Made by a program: the position numbers and the translations under genes. 64,000 nucleotides of DNA. Source: Oikopleura dioica. Taxonomy: Eukaryota; Animalia; Chordata. A model generated the notes under the pieces. That model ran no database searches. It saw nothing but the letters and a program-made list of their open reading frames with translations, and had not been told where the DNA came from. The DNA lies in NCBI GenBank assembly GCA_907165135.1, contig OU015569.1, positions 11,408,001 through 11,472,000 on the forward strand, read 5' to 3'. Below, piece after piece: positions 60,588-64,000 of the stretch; position 1 is the first letter of the stretch; each line of letters starts with the position of its first letter.

Positions 60588-63500
60588 ATGAAACTTTTTC
60601 ATTTTCTTTTCGCTGAAAATGTCTTCGGTGGATATTACCAGCAGCATCGAAAGTTGAATGCTGAGGAGAGAGAAGATCGTAAAGTGCTTTGCGATGCTAA
60701 GGCTGAAGAAACAAAAGCCTTATTCCCGATCGAAAACGGATCGTGGGTTTGTCCCGATCAAGGTCTTGGAGGGTCCAAGATCAGATGTCATCCGACTTGC
60801 GACAAAGGAACAGCTCCTGACTGGACAGATCAGTCAATTTCAAAGCCGAAAAAAGATGGGAAAGGGTTTATGGTGCGATGCGGCGACCCACCAACCATTG
60901 TTAGAAAGTAAGCCAATATTTGTAATTTCAAAAAATAATTTTTCATAAGAAATCTTCCGCTCGATACCGATCTGACATGCTCGGAGCTGCCAACCCATCC
61001 TTGCATCGCCGAAGCTGATAACACCAGAATTGAATGTGGTGCGCTGCATCTTCTTGATGGTAAAGTGATAAACAAGAAAAGGGCAGACTTCCAGGTTGTT
61101 TGCGACGATGGAATTGTCGCCGGCAATGTCCACTGCAACGATGGTCAATTCAACGCGCCAGCTTGGAATAAAGATGATTGGAAAAACTCTTGTAAACCCG
61201 AGAGAGAGGTATTTTTATTTATAAAGCAGACTTTACTTTTTACGATAATTCATAATTTGTCAGCTGAATAGCAGGATCTCGACTCTAGACTAGAAGTCTC
61301 TAGAGACTTTGAAAAGAATTAGTCATCATAGTCAAGATTTTTAAACTCAATACAAAATTGAAATTAACTTTCTATGATATTATGATATTTAGAGCGAATT
61401 CGGCCTTCTTATTGTCCACAATAGAAGTAACTATACAACTGAGAATGGTTTACATTACACGCAGCAAACAATAATTTCCGAAGATGGATCAAAGATATCA
61501 ACTCCAATGATAGAAAATTCTTATGACACAATGTTTTCAGTCTTTGCTCTTATAAAAGATGAGCTTTATGTATTTAAAGGCCAACAGGTAGCGATAAAAT
61601 TTCGTTATATTTTCATCAAGATTTTAATTATCTAAATTTATCACAGGTCGGAAAATTAAATGGCTGTTCGATCGAGTATCTTCCACTGACATTGAGTTTT
61701 AATCCCTCTTACGTCAGTGCAGCATTGCCAATCGATAACGACACGAAAGGTAAATATATTTTAATACAGTGAAACCCTAACTCAAGGCTCAGCAAATTAA
61801 TGCCCCTTTTTCGGATAATCCGCGAATCCTGCTATCGAAAAAATCCAATTTTAGGCCACTTTTAAAATTTCTTGTCAGCCAAAAAAAGGCATTAAGGACC
61901 CCCCCATCAAGATGAAAAAAGTCAAAATTTTCAAAATTTTCTTGCTTTTTTGGGTAGTTTAGACCACGAGGAACAACTTTTATTCAGAAAATTTTTTTGA
62001 TCTTATAGAAAATTTTGGCAGAAATTGACTTCAAAAATTGAAAATTAACATTTTACATTTCATAAAAATCTTTAGTTCGCTATTTTTTAATGGTAATTAA
62101 GGGTATACCAACCATAAAAACTATTTTTATCATAAACTGGAGTATAAAAACGTAATTCATGGCAATTTACGCAATAATTACAGAAAATTTAAATCTGGAA
62201 ATTCGACTTATAAAATTTTAAAGGGGCTGTCCTCCTTAAGTTCGTAGACAAAAAACTCTCAAAAAGCAAACGGTCGTAGCTTAGGGCCTTAACTTTACCA
62301 TGAAGAAAAATTAAGGGTATAACCCAACGAAAACCCCAAAAAAAACGTTCACTAAGCAACTTGACCTTTAACGGCCTGTATAACCTTAAATTTGGCATCG
62401 AGAGATCATCTTAAAGGGAACGGTGGCAGTAGAGGGTTCGATCTAAAGGATGCAATGAAAATTAAGGGTCTAGCTAAGATAGTTTTGGAGAAAAACTTTC
62501 ACTAAGATGCCCTATTTTCGCGATTCTTGATGGGGGGGTCCTTAAAGACCATTATTAATGGACCTGTCCTTAAATTTGTTGACCTAAAACTCTTAAAAGA
62601 GGAACGGTTGTAGCTTAGGGCCTTACCTTGACCCTGTAAAAAATTAAGGGTATACCTACGACTAAAAAACGAAAAAATACTTTCTCTTAGCAGCCTTACC
62701 TTTAATGGCCTGTATTTCCTTAAGTTTGTTATCAAGGGGTCATCATATGGAGAACGGTTGTAGCCGAGGGTTGGATCTAATTGTATCAAATAAAATTAAG
62801 GGTCTTGCTGAGATAGTTTCTGAGGAAAACTTGCTCCTAATTTCGCTCATTTTCGCGATTCTTGATGGGGGGGGGGTTCCTTAGGTAAAGGTTTCACTTT
62901 ATTCATGTTGCCTATTTTTAGCGCTTATATGTTTCGGATTTCAAGCTGGAAAAAGTTGCGATATTTTTGACACTGAGAACGTCGTTTCAACTTTTTCAAC
63001 CGAGTTTGACCATTTATATGGGAAACTCGGTCACTACAATGGCAAACCAACTTCGGTTGGCCATCAAACTCCTACAAACAACGCTTGGGGAAAAGTTGAA
63101 GTTCTGAACGAAGACGGCTGGACACTTCTAAATGAGCATCCAAGGTAAATTAAATCTAAAAAATATTTGACCATAAAAAGACCAGATTAAAATTATGTAT
63201 TTCAGATTTATCTCTCAGCACACCCTTATCGGACTCGAAAGTGGTGGATTAATCCTCGCAGGAGGGGAATACTATGAAGATCTCATTAATTATAACATCG
63301 TTACTTCAAAAGAAGTCTGGCTGTTGAGTGAAGACGAATGGAGTTTAGTTGGAGAACTTCGTGAAGTAAGTATTTTATCAACCCAAAATTGGGGCAATCG
63401 GTGGGCAAATATTCAAACCCAAAATTTTCTTTATTGACGAGCCCCCACTTAACATTTTTTAAGCCAAATGTTGTTGGATCTGCAATCAAGGTTGGAAAGT

Positions 63501-63721
63501 TTATTTACCTTGCGCCCGGAGATGAGCCATGGAGAGACTACGAAGGCGACTATCAATTTCCGGTTGAGCGTTTAGAAATCGAAGACGACCTGGTACTTGA
63601 AACAGAAATAATGCTGGAATTCGGCAATTCTAGCTCTTTTTCTAACGTTATTCCTGTCATGTTTGCGACAACTCTTGACTTTTGTGATAATGTTTGCAGC
63701 AACAGGCTTTCTTATTTGTGA
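60588..63721 (+). CDS. Putative secreted protein: Cys-rich sushi-like repeats plus kelch/beta-propeller-like C-terminus (one or two genes)
   Basis: MKLFHFLF; NGSWVC...CHPTC..G; later exons ALICFG, YNGKPTSVG, KVEVLNEDGWT, LILAGG, EVWLLSEDEWSLVGEL; short GT-AG introns. Confidence 0.55.
61892..62884. mobile_element. TTAA-flanked (Kolobok-like) element with tandemly duplicated right arm
   Basis: TTAA|GGACCCCCCCATCAAGA ... TCTTGATGGGGGGGTCC|TTAA (62545); ~62225-62545 repeated at ~62560-62884 with a second right TIR. Confidence 0.85.
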
Positions 63722-64000
63722 TTCACACATTTTGAAACCTTCTAGCGAAAAATAAAAAGTTTCAGTAACAACTAATCTCTCTGTTTGAATATCATTGTAC
63801 ATCTTTTTATTTACAAATTGAATATTTTAACAGTGAAAAGAACGAATTATTAAATAAGCTTATTCGCTTTGAATTTTCGTAAACTAAGGTCTTCAGGGTC
63901 TTCGAGGTCTCTTCGGTCGTTTGTAACGAATTATTGGTTAGCTGTTGAGCAGGATCTACAATATTTTCTATCAATCTTAAGTTCGGATGAGACGGGTTCG

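Noticed and set aside
63840-64000. Possible 3' end of a minus-strand gene at window edge
   Set aside because: Too short to fix frame or identity

Overview
Eukaryotic, gene-dense DNA with many 40-80 nt introns, several non-GT donors, very short intergenic gaps and abundant MITEs. This fits an appendicularian tunicate such as Oikopleura (inferred from architecture, not searched). 1-28.7 kb: twelve co-oriented minus-strand genes in an operon-like run (RAD50, two tandem RNase H1-type genes lacking the hybrid-binding domain, a 120-aa orphan with a PCNA PIP-box, CCDC103, TAF7, HID1, MTA, kinesin-1 heavy chain, SRP receptor alpha, C1D, a C2H2 zinc-finger gene). 29-32 kb: TCF25, head-to-head with RAD50. 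33-44.5 kb: a large multi-exon minus-strand gene with a caldesmon/LSP1-like C-terminus. 46-54 kb: an accessory patch with a myosin-tail pseudogene fragment, a truncated DONSON and orphan membrane proteins, one ending in a chromo-barrel/Tudor-knot-like domain. 55-64 kb: a short BAG6-like gene, an SMP-C2 protein with an MGNC acylation motif instead of a membrane hairpin, and a secreted Cys-rich/propeller-like gene. Most novel candidates: the RAD50/RNase H/PIP-protein cluster, the membrane-anchored chromo-barrel protein, the acylated SMP protein, and a hAT MITE whose insertion duplicated a splice donor. All homology calls are from manual translation and motif recall; exon boundaries are hand-inferred.
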